Of a DNA stretch of 64,000 nt, positions 41,131-53,374 are shown piece by piece. The DNA comes from Eledone cirrhosa (Eukaryota). The stretch is from positions 29,450,001 through 29,514,000 of the forward strand of contig OZ024758.1 in NCBI GenBank assembly GCA_964016885.1, read 5' to 3'. A program made the position numbers and the translations under genes. The stretch's first letter is position 1; the number at the start of each line of letters is the position of its first letter. A model generated the notes under the pieces. That model saw only the letters and a program-made list of their open reading frames with translations. It was not told the origin of the DNA and made no database searches.

Positions 41131-41749
41131 ATGCTTTGTGTGTGTGTATGTGTGTGCGCGCGTATGTGTATGTGTGTGTATACGTGTATGTGTTTTGTAT
41201 ATATATATATACACACACACACACATCATTTCTTGACGATGTGTTTCCCTCTCATTTTGAAATGGTTTATTTTCTTATTTGTGTGTACGTACGTACGCGC
41301 GCGCGCGCGTGTGTAATCTCGAGCTGACGTATCGTCTGTAGCTGTATGTTGTACGTATGTGTCGTCTGAAACCATTCTCCTCTGCGCCTCATTTTAACAC
41401 TCAACTTATTTGTTTACCTTTTGTCAACCAATCACTAATTTATACTAATTCATAGCAAAATAAAACTGCCAGTCACGTTCATCCCATTCATTTTATCTGT
41501 TTGGTTGGTAAACAAAATCTCCATATTTGCTTTGGTTAGCTGTCTGGTGAATGTTAATACAGTCTGTTTACTTTTTAAGCGAACTTGAATTACACGAATT
41601 CACTTTACGCGCCGCCTTCACGAACGCCTTTTCACGTAAAAAATGAACAGCCAGCATATTTATCTACCATCAGCCTGGAAGAAAACTTTTCTGAAGAATT
41701 GCTTCAGAATACACACCTTTTACGAGATTTCTCTTCTTGATTACATAAA

Positions 41750-43040
41750 TAAATTTTGTGACGCCCAAAGAGGATGTCCTCATCCTCGGGTCACCGATCC
41801 ACCCGCTGGCCATCAGGTCCAGGCTCCAACAACCCAAGACCCTCACGAGCAGACTGGGCTTGATTGACGGCCACTCCCTTCCTAGCACTCTTCCTGTTGA
41901 GTGCCATGCCGAAACTCCTCTATACCCTTCGCAGCGCTCCGTGCTACAGCCACGCATCTCTCCTCGCTGACCTCGATACTTGCATCCGAGCGGCAACTGA
42001 GGAGATATGCAACGTCAGGTTTGACGACATTGGATGACAACAGGCCACTTTACCTGTCAGATATGGTGGCCTTGTCCTCTGGTGCCTGATCTCACTGGTT
42101 TTGCCTGCGTTTCTTTCGTTAGTAACCTCATGCCGCATCCTCGCCAACAAGGTTAGCCTAAACACAATGGAATCCATTGTGATCGAGGAACGTGAGGCCA
42201 CCTGCGAGACGTGAAACCGGCTTGGACTTAGCCCAGTAGACGCCCCACCCCTCCTTCTTCCCCTGCTGGCGTCAAGTCCCCCCTCAGAGTATTTGAGATG
42301 CCACCCAGTGCTACCTGGCCTCAGACAGGCTAGCACGCCAGCTCGACCAGCACCGCCTTGCATGTTTTCGCGCGGCCTCACAATTCCACAGCGGTGCCTA
42401 GCTCCATGCCTTGCCCTCCTTATCCACTGGCACGCAGCTGGATAACGATAGCCTGCTCATCGGGGTTTCCCTGAGGCTTGACCTCCGGATCTGCGAACCA
42501 TACAAATGTCGCTGCGGATCCACCGTGGACTCTTTCGGCCTCCACCCGCTTTCCTGTCGCTACTGTGCCGGCCGCCTTCCACGCCATGCCGCTTTCAACA
42601 AGGTCATAAAGCATGGCTTAGATGCTGCAGGCTTCCTCTCCCAGCTCGAGCCGGTGGGGCTGGACCGAGGGGACGGCAAAAGGCCAGACGGTATGACCAT
42701 CTTCCCGTTCCGCGGTAGCAAACCCCTCGTCTGGGATGCCACTTGAAGCGACCCTTTCTCCAGCCGCAACCTGGTGCAGTCTGTGACTAACCAGGGATCT
42801 GCTGCACTCCGGGCTGAGGAAGGCAAACTCTTCAAATAGCGGTCGCTCTCCGGCAGGTTTGCGGTTGTACCCTTGGCAGTGGAGACTTCTGGTGTCCTTG
42901 GCCCTATGGCTACCTCCCTACTTACCACCATAGGCGCTGAGAGGGTTAGCCGCAGGTGTGAGCCTCGCGAGATGGAATGGCTCTTCCAGCGCATCTCCCT
43001 TACTATTCTGCGGGGAAACGCCTTCTTCATTTTTCCGCCG
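41750..43040 (+). mobile_element. CRE-clade non-LTR retrotransposon 3' fragment (further fragments 48100-48390 on -, 61405-61850 on +)
   Basis: CRCGSTVDSFGLHPLSC..RH..EPVGLDRGDGKRPDGMTIFPF..WDAT, PLAVETSGVLG, FQRISLTILRGNA; stops and frameshifts. Confidence 0.85.
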
Positions 43041-43386
43041 GGGTACGTGGGGCGGCCAGCACGTGGGACTCCATTTGCTCATAATACAGAGAGATGGGGA
43101 GGGCGAGAGAGATGGAGGCGATGACAGTGGGAGTTTGGCTCTTCCGTGTTCGGACCTGGTGTACGGCATCAGTTGTCCGTAAGGAGCGAAGGTTTTTAGA
43201 ACCTTGTGTTTTCGGTTATGAGACGACTATAGCTACATTTAGTGAGGTCTACTTCTTAAATACTGAACCTTGAATATCTCCCCAGCAATACCTTTATAAC
43301 TAAAAGTCTAAAGTATGTCTCAAGCCTGGACACACATCAATCCGGGGCTTATCCCGGTTTCCGTGTCGTGAAGCGACTGATGGAAA

Positions 43387-43492
43387 AAATTTATGGAACA
43401 TACATAAATTTATGGAACATACACAAATTTATGGGACATACACAAATTTATGGGACATACACAAATTTATGGAACATACATAAATTTATGGA
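43387..43492. repeat. 18-19-bp minisatellite x~6 (AAATTTATGGAACATACAY)
   Basis: Direct reading; no spacers. Confidence 0.9.
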
Positions 43493-43494
43493 CC

Positions 43495-44105
43495 AAGGGA
43501 GACGCAAGGAACACTGAGGATATTAACACCATCAATGAGGTTTGTGAAAGAGGGAGTGAAGCCATCTATCACAGAACAATTTAAGGACTACTACAAATGG
43601 CCCAATCATGAAATATGAGGGGTGATCTGGGAGGTAGGTTTCAGTTACTCCCAGGTTGTTCAAACATCCCTGGGGCCAGATGTAGTACTTTGGTCTGAAA
43701 GTGTAACAAAGTTAATCCTAATTACACTCACAGTCCAATTGGAAGAAGAGTGCAGCAATGCCTTAGAGTCAAAGAGTGCTAAATATCAAGAACTTGTGCT
43801 GGAATTTTGGGAGAAAGTTTGGCAGTCATAGCTATTTCTAGTCGAGGTGGGCTGCAGGGGATTCCCAGCTCACTCAGTATGGAGATGTTCACTGCCATTG
43901 AATGACTGGAAGAGAGAAGACTACTGTTTACAGAATGGAGGAAGGAGCAGAAAGGGCGTCTTGTTGACTTTGAAGCAGGAGAGAGGAGATAAGCTGGAAG
44001 TCAGGAGGTGAAAATGGGCAGTAATTTGGCCACCACTGCTGACCCACCAGTGAGAGAGTATTCTGGTTGAGGGTCGAAGTACCCAATGAACATTGGATAC
44101 CATAA
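43495..44105 (+). mobile_element. HERO/NeSL-like RLE retrotransposon 3' fragment
   Basis: TSLGPDVVLWSE..LITLTV.LEE..KSAKYQEL..VEVGCRGF..SVW. Confidence 0.7.
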
Positions 44106-44392
44106 CAACACCTACTCACCAAGGGTAGGTCCATCGAAGCTGAATGAATGCGAGATATCTTGAAGGTGTAATTATTGAATATAAATTTATTCCACTTCAA
44201 ACTTCCACAAAATGCAGCCATGATATAGTTTCGAACAGAAAACAAATATTGTGAACTGTTATGGGGGTCAGCTGTTCAGCTGATATAAGTATTCTATTGA
44301 ATATCGACGAGAAAGAAAACAGCGATGGTCTCATGATTGGAAACTTAGACATACATATATACACATGCATACATACATATATACACATGCAT

Positions 44393-45980
44393 ACATGATG
44401 GCTGCAAACTCTGCCAAGAGTATTGCAATCGCTTGTCAGATTCAGATGTGTGACGCTCGGATATGGCTTTTTAAGTCTGCTAGAGACTTACACTCCTTCA
44501 CACACTGACGACAACTATGGATCTCCCTGGCCTCAGGTCTTGCATCAGGTTGCCTGTGAACCATCACAATACCGTGGAGATCATAGTTCACTGGTTCTCT
44601 TGAACATGGCTGCGACTGTGGCCCCTGAGACCAGATTTGCTCAATGAGTCCTTTGCACAATCCTTGAATCTGAGCCTTGGCTTGTGAGGTGGTCTCTTAC
44701 CCTCACAAAGCTCCCCACACAAAGGTTGATTCGGGATTCGGTCATCTTCCATTCTGCAGAGGTGTCCGGTCTATCGAAAACGCCGTTGGTGGATGATACT
44801 CTCAATGCTCTGACACTCACCTCTCTCAAGGACCTCAACATCACTCACATATATCTGCCACTTGTTACCGGGCATCTTTCTGAAACACTCCTGGTGAAAC
44901 AGTTCCAGTCTTTGGATATGCCGTTTGTAGGCAACCCATGTCTGACATGAATATAACAAAGCTGACAGTACACATGCAGCATACACTCTCACCTTGGTCC
45001 TCATTGTAATTCCTCGCCTGCACCAAAGACGGTCGCTGAGCCGTCCAAATGAATCACTTGCTTACTAACACGTAGACTAACTCCTGCATCCAGAGAGCAG
45101 GTCACACTCAGAGTACTCCCCAAATACACAAATCTGTCAGCAGCCTTCAGCTTTTGACCGTATACATGTATGGAGGGTTCATTGAAAACTTTATCCGGAG
45201 CAGGTTGGGTGTTGCATGTCACTCTGGGAGTGTGCAAAGAGATCACAATCATCTGCATACAGAAATTCTCTGATCAAGGTACTCAGTACCTTAGTGTTGG
45301 CAGTGAGACGCCTGAGGTTAAACATCTTGCCGGAAGTGCGATATCTGAGATAGATACTGTGTTGACAATCCCTGAAGGCCATGAAGAACACTTGCGAAAT
45401 ACAAGGCAAACAAAGTTGATGCAGGTATATCACCTTGCTTGACACCATTTTCAACCGTGATTGGCTCAGACAGTTTACCTCCAACATTCACCCATGCCTG
45501 CATGTCATTGTGGAAGAGTTTCAGTATTTTCACAAACTTTTCAGGACAACTTAATCTCTCCAAAATAAACCACAAAGCCTTCCGATTTACGGTGTTAAAT
45601 GCCTTGGTCAAATCGACAAAAAAATGACCATGCGCTGCTCAATACATTTCTCTTGAAGTTGTTTGGCTGAGAAGACCATGTCAACAGTGCCTCTGCCATT
45701 TCTAAAGCCACATTGGGACTCAGGAAGTATCTCAACAGCAATGTGCTGTATCAATCAGTCCAACAAAATCCTGCACAAGATCTTTCCAGCCACAGATAGC
45801 AGTGAGATTCCTCTGTAGTTGCCACAGTCATCTTTGGCTCCCTTTCCTTTGTAAAGTACCACCATCAATGCATCTTTCCAGTCCTGCGGGCATCTTCTTC
45901 ATTCCAAACATTCACAAAGAGATCAGTCAGGTGGTTTAAGAAGTTATCACCAGCACAGTTGAACATCTCGGCACTCAATA
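44393..45980 (-). mobile_element. RTE-BovB-like LINE, 5'-truncated and degraded
   Basis: DCGNYRGISLLSVAGKI, TKAFNTVNR, NGVKQGD, EFLYADDC, FVYLGS, C-terminal CxxC..H motif; tail abuts (CATA)-type repeat. Confidence 0.88.
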
Positions 45981-46261
45981 CAAATGACATCCAACACCAG
46001 TTAACAAGAGAACAAAACTTTCATTCGTAGAGGTGTAACTATAAACACAGCGAGACGAAGGTGTGTGTGTGTTTGTACGTATGTAGGTATGTATGTATGT
46101 ATGCACTATGTGTCAATAATTGTCACAAGTGTAGTGTTTGTACCAGAGTTTTCAAGTCGCTGGCTGGACTAAAAAGTCACACTCGTTCAGCGCATCGGCA
46201 GGGGTTCTCCTACATGGATATAAAGTAGTGGCCGTACTCGAAAATGAGTTGGCAGCCACCA

Positions 46262-47545
46262 TGTCATATCAGTAGACCTCATGTAGATTATGATCTGAAA
46301 AGGTGTAGGGAATGTGGCAAGGAAAGTGCTAGCATGGAAGGTCTTAAAAGACACATGAGAGCACACAGCCAGAACAAAGCAATGGAAAGTCCCAGAAGAG
46401 CCTACAGTTGCCATGAATGTGCCAGAGGGTGCAAGTCTTTGGCTGATTTAAAGAGCCACATTCGTGCCTCACATTTTTGAGCATTTTATCGGGCGATGGC
46501 AATGGTCGAACACGAGTTAGCAGCCATCATGTATGTGTGTATGTATGTACATGACAAGTTTGCTTACCTTGGTAGTACGTTGAACAATTCATGCACACTT
46601 GATGATAAGATATCCTTAAGAATCAAGAAAGCCAGTGATGCTTTTGGACGGCTGCAGGGATTTTTAACGGTCCCGACGAGGTATCACTATTGAAACCAAA
46701 GTAAAAGTGTATCTGACTTGTGTCGTCTTCTCTTCGCTTTATGCTTGTGAAACGTGGGTCACATACAGAAAGCACCTCAAGGAACTGGAGAGGTTTCACC
46801 AACAATCTCTTCGTAAGTTACTTGGGGTGTAATGGAAAATTTTCGTCATAGATTTGGAAGTTCTCGAACGGAGCAGGTGCATGGCATTAGAGAGCATGAT
46901 CTTTCGGCATCGGTTGAGGTGGTGCAGACACGTGGTCCGGATGTCTGATGATCGTATTCCAAAGCAACTTCTCTACGGGGAACTGTATGAAGGAAGGCGA
47001 CCACCACACAAACCAAAAATGCGGTACCGGGACTGTGTCAGGGGCACCTTGGCTTGTGCTGGAATTTCATCTGACGAATGGGAGAAAATGGCTGAGGAGC
47101 GTGGGAAGTGGAGACGTTTGATCAAGTCAGGTAGTGAACACTTTGAAACTCGTCGGAGAGAACACCTAACACTGAAAAGGAAGGTAAGGAAAAGAGACTG
47201 CCTGCTGTTGAACAACATCTGGTTTGCCAGAACTGGGGTCAAGTCTGTCTGAGTAAAGCTGGTTTGACTAGACACAAAGTCATATCAGTAGACCCCATGT
47301 AGATTATGATCTGAAAAGGTGTAGGGAATGTGGCAAGAAATGTGCTAGCATGGGAGGTCTTAAATGACACATGAGAACACACAGTCAGAACCAAGCAGTG
47401 TAAAGTCCCAGAAGAGCCTACAGTTGCCATGTATGTGCCAGAGGGTGCAAGTCTTTGGCTGGTTTAAAGAACCACATTCGTGCCTCACATTTTTGAGCAT
47501 TTTATCAGGCGATGGCAATGTTTGAACACGAGATTGCGGCCATCA
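46262..47545 (+). mobile_element. Two RTE-BovB-like 3' fragments (46262-46510, 46548-47545) with C-terminal C2H2 fingers
   Basis: DKFAYLGS, RLRWCRHVVRMSDDRIPKQLLYGEL; CRECGK..LKRHMRAH and CHECARGCKSLADLKSHIRASH. Confidence 0.85.
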
Positions 47546-47576
47546 TATATATATATATATATACATATATATATAC

Positions 47577-47607
<31 letters not shown>

Positions 47608-48440
47608 GATATATATAGTTAAAGAATAAACAAGACAAACACAGATATACAAATACACAGTCTTAGTAGGTTGACAAGACGGGGGGGGGGGGGAAGGAAA
47701 CAGGACGTTTATATATATATATATATTTATATATGTATGTATGTGTGTGTGTGTGTGTGTGTAGGTGTGTGTGTGTGTGTGTGTGGCCAGCCTGTCATTA
47801 ACTATCGTCTGCTTTATGAAACCTAATCATTATACAAATCCTGCCGAGGTTAACTTTGCCTTTCATCCTTACGGGGTCGATAAAATAAAGTACCAGTAAT
47901 GCACTGGGTAATTGCTGGCCTTGTGCCAAAAGTAGAAACAATTATTTATACATTCATTAATAAAAATAAAAAAAATCATAAATCTATTTCAAATAACAAC
48001 ACTGCAGATATTTAAAAACGGAAAATGAAGGGAAGAGCAAGGGCTCTGGGGTCACAGAAGAATGGGGAGGGGGAGAGTGATGGGCCTTGGGGCTAGGGTG
48101 CGGCACTGTTGGAGCTGCACCACGCGGACAATGGCCAGCAACACCCGCTGCAACAACCACCCCACCCCGCGGGGCTCCGTCTTCAGATGGGTTGATGCCG
48201 CTCCAATCTTGCAGAGGTGCTCGGCAATATGGCGTCTAAGCACACCTGAGGTTTCCACGGTGACCAGTGCAAAGAGGAAGTTGCCGGACAATCCCCGGTA
48301 TTTGTTTATCTTCCTTTCCTCTGCATTGTGGGCCGCAGTACCGGGGTTTGTGGCCGAAGTGACTAAGTTGGCGGCGGAGAACGTGTCGTCTTCAATGTCT
48401 CTCACTCTAAATGGTTTATTGGCTATGTGAATGCTTGTGA

Positions 48441-48503
<63 letters not shown>

Positions 48504-48879
48504 TACATACATGGTGGCTGCCAACTCGTTTTCGAGTACGGCCACTACTTTATATCCATGTAGGAGAACCCCTACCGATGCGCTGAACGAGTGTGGCTTT
48601 TTAGTCCAGCCAGCGACTTGAAAACTCTGGTACAAACACTACACTTGTCACAATTACTGACACATAGTGCTGGGCCCATGGTACCATGTGACGACAAGTG
48701 CAGAGAGATCTCCAGATATAAAGCAATGCCTGTGCCGTGAAGCTTTTATGGTGAGCAAAGGCACTGCACAAAGCCAGTCCCACTCTCTTAACATACATAC
48801 ATACATACATACATACATACACACACGCCTATGCACACGCACATTTATACACATAAATATTAGCAGATTCACATACACT

Positions 48880-51095
48880 CATACATGTTGATGGTATGTT
48901 TGTGTGAATATGTGCATATGCGCGTGTGCGCGCGCGCGTGTGTGTATGTGTGTGTGTATATGAGTGCGTATGTATATGTGTGTGTATGTGTGTGTATATG
49001 TATGTATATGTATGTTTGTGTGTGTATATGTGTGTTTGTGCGTGTATGTGTATTTGTTTGTGTGTATATGTGTTCGTGTGGTATGGTGTGTGTGGTGTGT
49101 GTGGTGTGGTATGGTGTGTGTGGTGTGTGGTGTGGTATGGTGTGTGTGGTGTGTGGTGTGGTATGGTGTGTGTGGTGTGTGTGGTGTGTGGTATGTGGTA
49201 TGGTGTGTGTGGTGTGTGTGGTGTGTGGTATGGTGTGTGTATGTGGTGTGTGTGCTGTGTGGTATGGTGTGTGTGTGTGGTGTGTGTGTGGTGTATGTGG
49301 TGTGTGGTATGGTGTGTGTGTGTGTGTGTGGTGTGTGGTATGGTGTGTGTGTGTGTGTGGTGTGTGGTATGGTGCGTGTGGGTGTGTGGTATGGTGTGTG
49401 TGGTGTGTGTGTGTGGTGTGTGGTGTGTGTGTGTGATGTGTGTATGTGTGTGGTGTGTGTGTGGTATGGTGTGTGTGGTGTGTGTGTGTGGTGTGTGGTG
49501 TGGTGTGTGTATGTGGGTGGCGTGTGTGTGGTGTGTGTATGTGTGTGGTGTGGTGTGTGGTATGGTGTGTGTGGTGTGTGTGTGTGGTGTGTGGTGTGTG
49601 TATGTGTGTGGTGTGTGTGTGGTGTGTGTATGTGTGTGGTGTGTGTTGGTGGTGTGTGGTGTGGTGTGTGTATGTGTGTGGTGTGTGTATGTGTGGTGTG
49701 TGTGTGTGTGTGGTGTGTGGTATGGTGTATGTGGTGTGTGTATGTGTGTGGTGTGGTGTGTGGTATGGTGTGTGTGTGTGTGTGTGTGGTGTGTGGTATG
49801 GTGTGTGTATGTGTGTGGTGTGTGTATGTGTGTGGTGTGTGGTATGGTGTGTGTGTGTGTGTGGTGTGTGGTATGGTGTGTGTATGTGTGTGGTGTGTGT
49901 ATGTGTGTGGTGTGTGGTATGGTGTGTGTGTGTGTATGTGGGTGTTGTGTGTGTGGTGTGTGTATGTGTGTGGTGTGTGGTATGGTGTGTGTGTGTGTGG
50001 TGTGTGGTGTGGTGTGTGTATGTGTGTGGTATGTGTGTGGTATGGTGTGTGGTATGGTGTGTGTGTGTGTGGTGTGTGTATGTGTGTGGTGTGTGTATGT
50101 GTGTGGTGTGGTGTGTGGTATGGTGTGTGTGTGTGTGGTGTGTGGTGTGGTGTGTGTGTGTGTGGTGCGTGTGTGGTGTGTGGTATGTGTGTGGTATGGT
50201 GTGTGTGTGTGTATGTGGGTGTTGTGTGTGTGGTGTGTGTATGTGTGTGTGTGGTGTGTGGTATGGTGTGTGTGTGTGTGGTGTGTGGTGTGGTGTGTGT
50301 ATGTGTGTGGTATGGTGTGTGTGGTGTGTGGTATGTGTGTGGTATGGTGTGTGGTATGGTGTGTGTGTGTGTGGTGTGTGTATGTGTGTGGTGTGTGTAT
50401 GTGTGTGGTGTGGTGTGTGGTATGGTGTGTGTGTGTGGTGTGTGGTGTGGTGTGTGTATGTGTGTGGTGCGTGTGTGGTGTGTGGTATGTGTGTGGTATG
50501 GTGTGTGTGTGTATGTTGGGTGTTGTGTGTGTGGTGTGTGTATGTGTGTGGTGTGGTGTGTGTATGGTGTGTGTGTGTGTGGTGTGTGGTGTGGTGTGTG
50601 TATGTGTGTGGTATGGTGTGTGTGGTGTGTGGTATGTGTGTGGTATGGTGTGTGGTATGGTGTGTGTGTGTGTGGTGTGTGTATGTGTGTGGTGTGTGTA
50701 TGTGTGTGGTGTGGTGTGTGGTATGGTGTGTGTGTGTGGTGTGTGGTGTGGTGTGTGTGTGGTGTGTGGTGCGTGTGTGGTGTGTGGTATGTGTGTGGTA
50801 TGGTGTGTGTGTGTGTATGTGGGTGTTGTGTGTGTGGTGTGTGTATGTGTGTGGTGTGGTGTGTGGTATGGTGTGTGTGTGTGTGGTGTGTGGTGTGGTG
50901 TGTGTATGTGTGTGGTATGGTGTGTGTGGTGTGTGGTATGTGTGTGGTATGGTGTGTGGTATGGTGTGTGTGTGTGTGGTGTGTGTATGTGTGTGGTGTG
51001 TGTATGTGTGTGGTGTGGTGTGTGGTGTGTGTATGTATGTGTGTGGTGTGTGGTATGGTGTGTGGTATGGTGTGTGGTATGGTGTGTGTGTGTGT
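48880..51095. repeat. ~2.2-kb (GT)/(GGT)/(GGTAT) compound satellite
   Basis: Direct reading. Confidence 0.95.
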
Positions 51096-51467
51096 AGATT
51101 CACAACCATTCACATAGCCATTAAACCATTTAGTGAGATAGACAAGACACGTTTGCACGCTCAACACATGAAAACAATATCGTGATTAGGTTTCACAAAG
51201 CAGACGACATTTAATGACAGACTGGCCACACTTAATTATTGTAGCAACAAATAAGGCGACACTAATCAACTTTCACCGGACCCATCTTAACTAATTTCAG
51301 CAACCATTTTAGGGGCACACCTCCTCCTCCTTCCCCTCTGACTACACCTCCCTAACATCCCCTCTCTCTTTCTCTCTTATTTCTTTCTCTTTCTTTCTAG
51401 CTCACTTTCTTCTCTCTTTCTATCACCCACCCCTCTATCTGATGGTGGTTGTTTGTCTCTCTCTCTA

Positions 51468-53374
51468 ACTACCCACATACCCGCCTACCTACATACCCAC
51501 CTACCTACCTACCGACCCGCCTACCTACCCTCTACCCACCTACCTACCTACATACCTACCCACATACCCACCTACCCACCATCCTACCATCCTACCTACC
51601 TACCCACCTACCTACCCACCAACCCACATACCTACCCACCTACCCACCTACCCACCTACCAACCTACTACCTACCCACCTACCCACCTTCCTACCTACCT
51701 ACCTACCTACCTACCCACCTTCCTAACTACCTACCTACCTACCTACCCACCTTCCTACCTACCTACCTACCCACCTACCCACCTACCCACCTACCTACCT
51801 ACCCACCTACCTACCTACCTACCTACCTACCTACCTACCTACCTACCTACCTACCCACTTACCTACCTACCTACCCACCTACCTACCTACCTACCTACCT
51901 GCCTACCCACCTACCCACCTACCTACCTACCCACCTACCTACCTACCTACCTACCCACCTACCTACCTACCTACCTGCCTACCCACCTACCTACCTACCT
52001 ACCTACCTACCTACCTACCTACCTACCTACCTACCTACCCACCTACCCACCTACCTACCTACCTACCTACCCACCTACCTACCTACCTACCTACCCACCT
52101 ACCTACCTACCTACCCACCTACCTACCTACCTACCTACCTACCTACCTACCTACCTACCTACCTACCCACCTACCCACCTACCCACCTACCCACCTACCT
52201 ACCTACCTACCTACCTACCTACCTACCTACCTACCTACCCACTTACCTACCTACCTACCTACCCACCTACCTACCTACCTACCTGCCTACCCACCTACCC
52301 ACCTACCTACCTACCTACCCACCTACATACCTACCTACCTACCTACCTACCTAACCACCTACCTACCTACCTACCCACCTACCTACCTACCTACCTACCT
52401 ACCTACCTACCTACCTACGCACCTACCTACCTACCTACCTACCCACCTACCTACCTACCTATCTACCTACCTACCTACCTACCTACCCACCCACCCACCC
52501 ACCTACCTACCCACCCACCCACCTACCTACCCACCCACCCACCTACCTACCCACCCACCCACCATCCTACCTACCTACCTACCTACTACCTACCTATCTA
52601 CCCACTTACCTACCTACCTACCCACCTACCTACCTATCTACCTACCTACCTACCCACCCACCCACACACCTACCTACCTACCTACCCACCTACCTACCTA
52701 TCTACCTAATTACCTACCTACCCACCCACCCACCCACCTACCTACCCACCCACCCACCATCCTACCTACCTACCTACTACCTACCTATCTACCCACTTAC
52801 CTACCTATCTACCCACCTACCTACCTATCTACCTACCTACCTACCCACCCACCCACACACCTACCTACCTACCTACCTATCTACCCACCTACCTACCTAT
52901 CTACCCCCCACCCCATCCTACCTACCTACCTACCTACCTACCTACCTACCTACCTACCTACCAACCTATCTACCCACCTACCTACCCACCTACCTATCTA
53001 CCTACCTACCTACCTACCTACCTACCTACCTACCTACCTACCTACCCACCTACCTACCTATCTACCTACCTACCTACCTACCCACCCACCCACCCACCTA
53101 CCTACCTACCCACCCACCCACCCACCTACCTACTACCTATCCACCTACCTACCCACCTACCCACCTATCCACCTACCTACCTACCTACCTACATACCCAC
53201 ATACCCACTTACCCTCCTACCTTCCTACCTAACTATCCACCTACCTACCTACCCACCAACCAACCAACCTACCTACCTACCTACCCACCTACCCACCTAC
53301 CCTCCTACCAACCTAACTACCCACCTATCCACCTACCTACCTACCTACCTACCTACCTACCTACCTACCTACCT
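51468..53374. repeat. ~1.9-kb (CCTA)n/(CCCA)n satellite
   Basis: Direct reading; source of the PTYL ORFs. Confidence 0.95.

Noticed and set aside
43387-43492. Short direct repeats resembling a CRISPR array (also 13806-13908)
   Set aside because: Contiguous units with no unique spacers, no cas genes, eukaryotic context.
51468-53374. (TAGG)n as a telomeric repeat
   Set aside because: Not TTAGGG or TTAGG, degenerate, and internal to the window.
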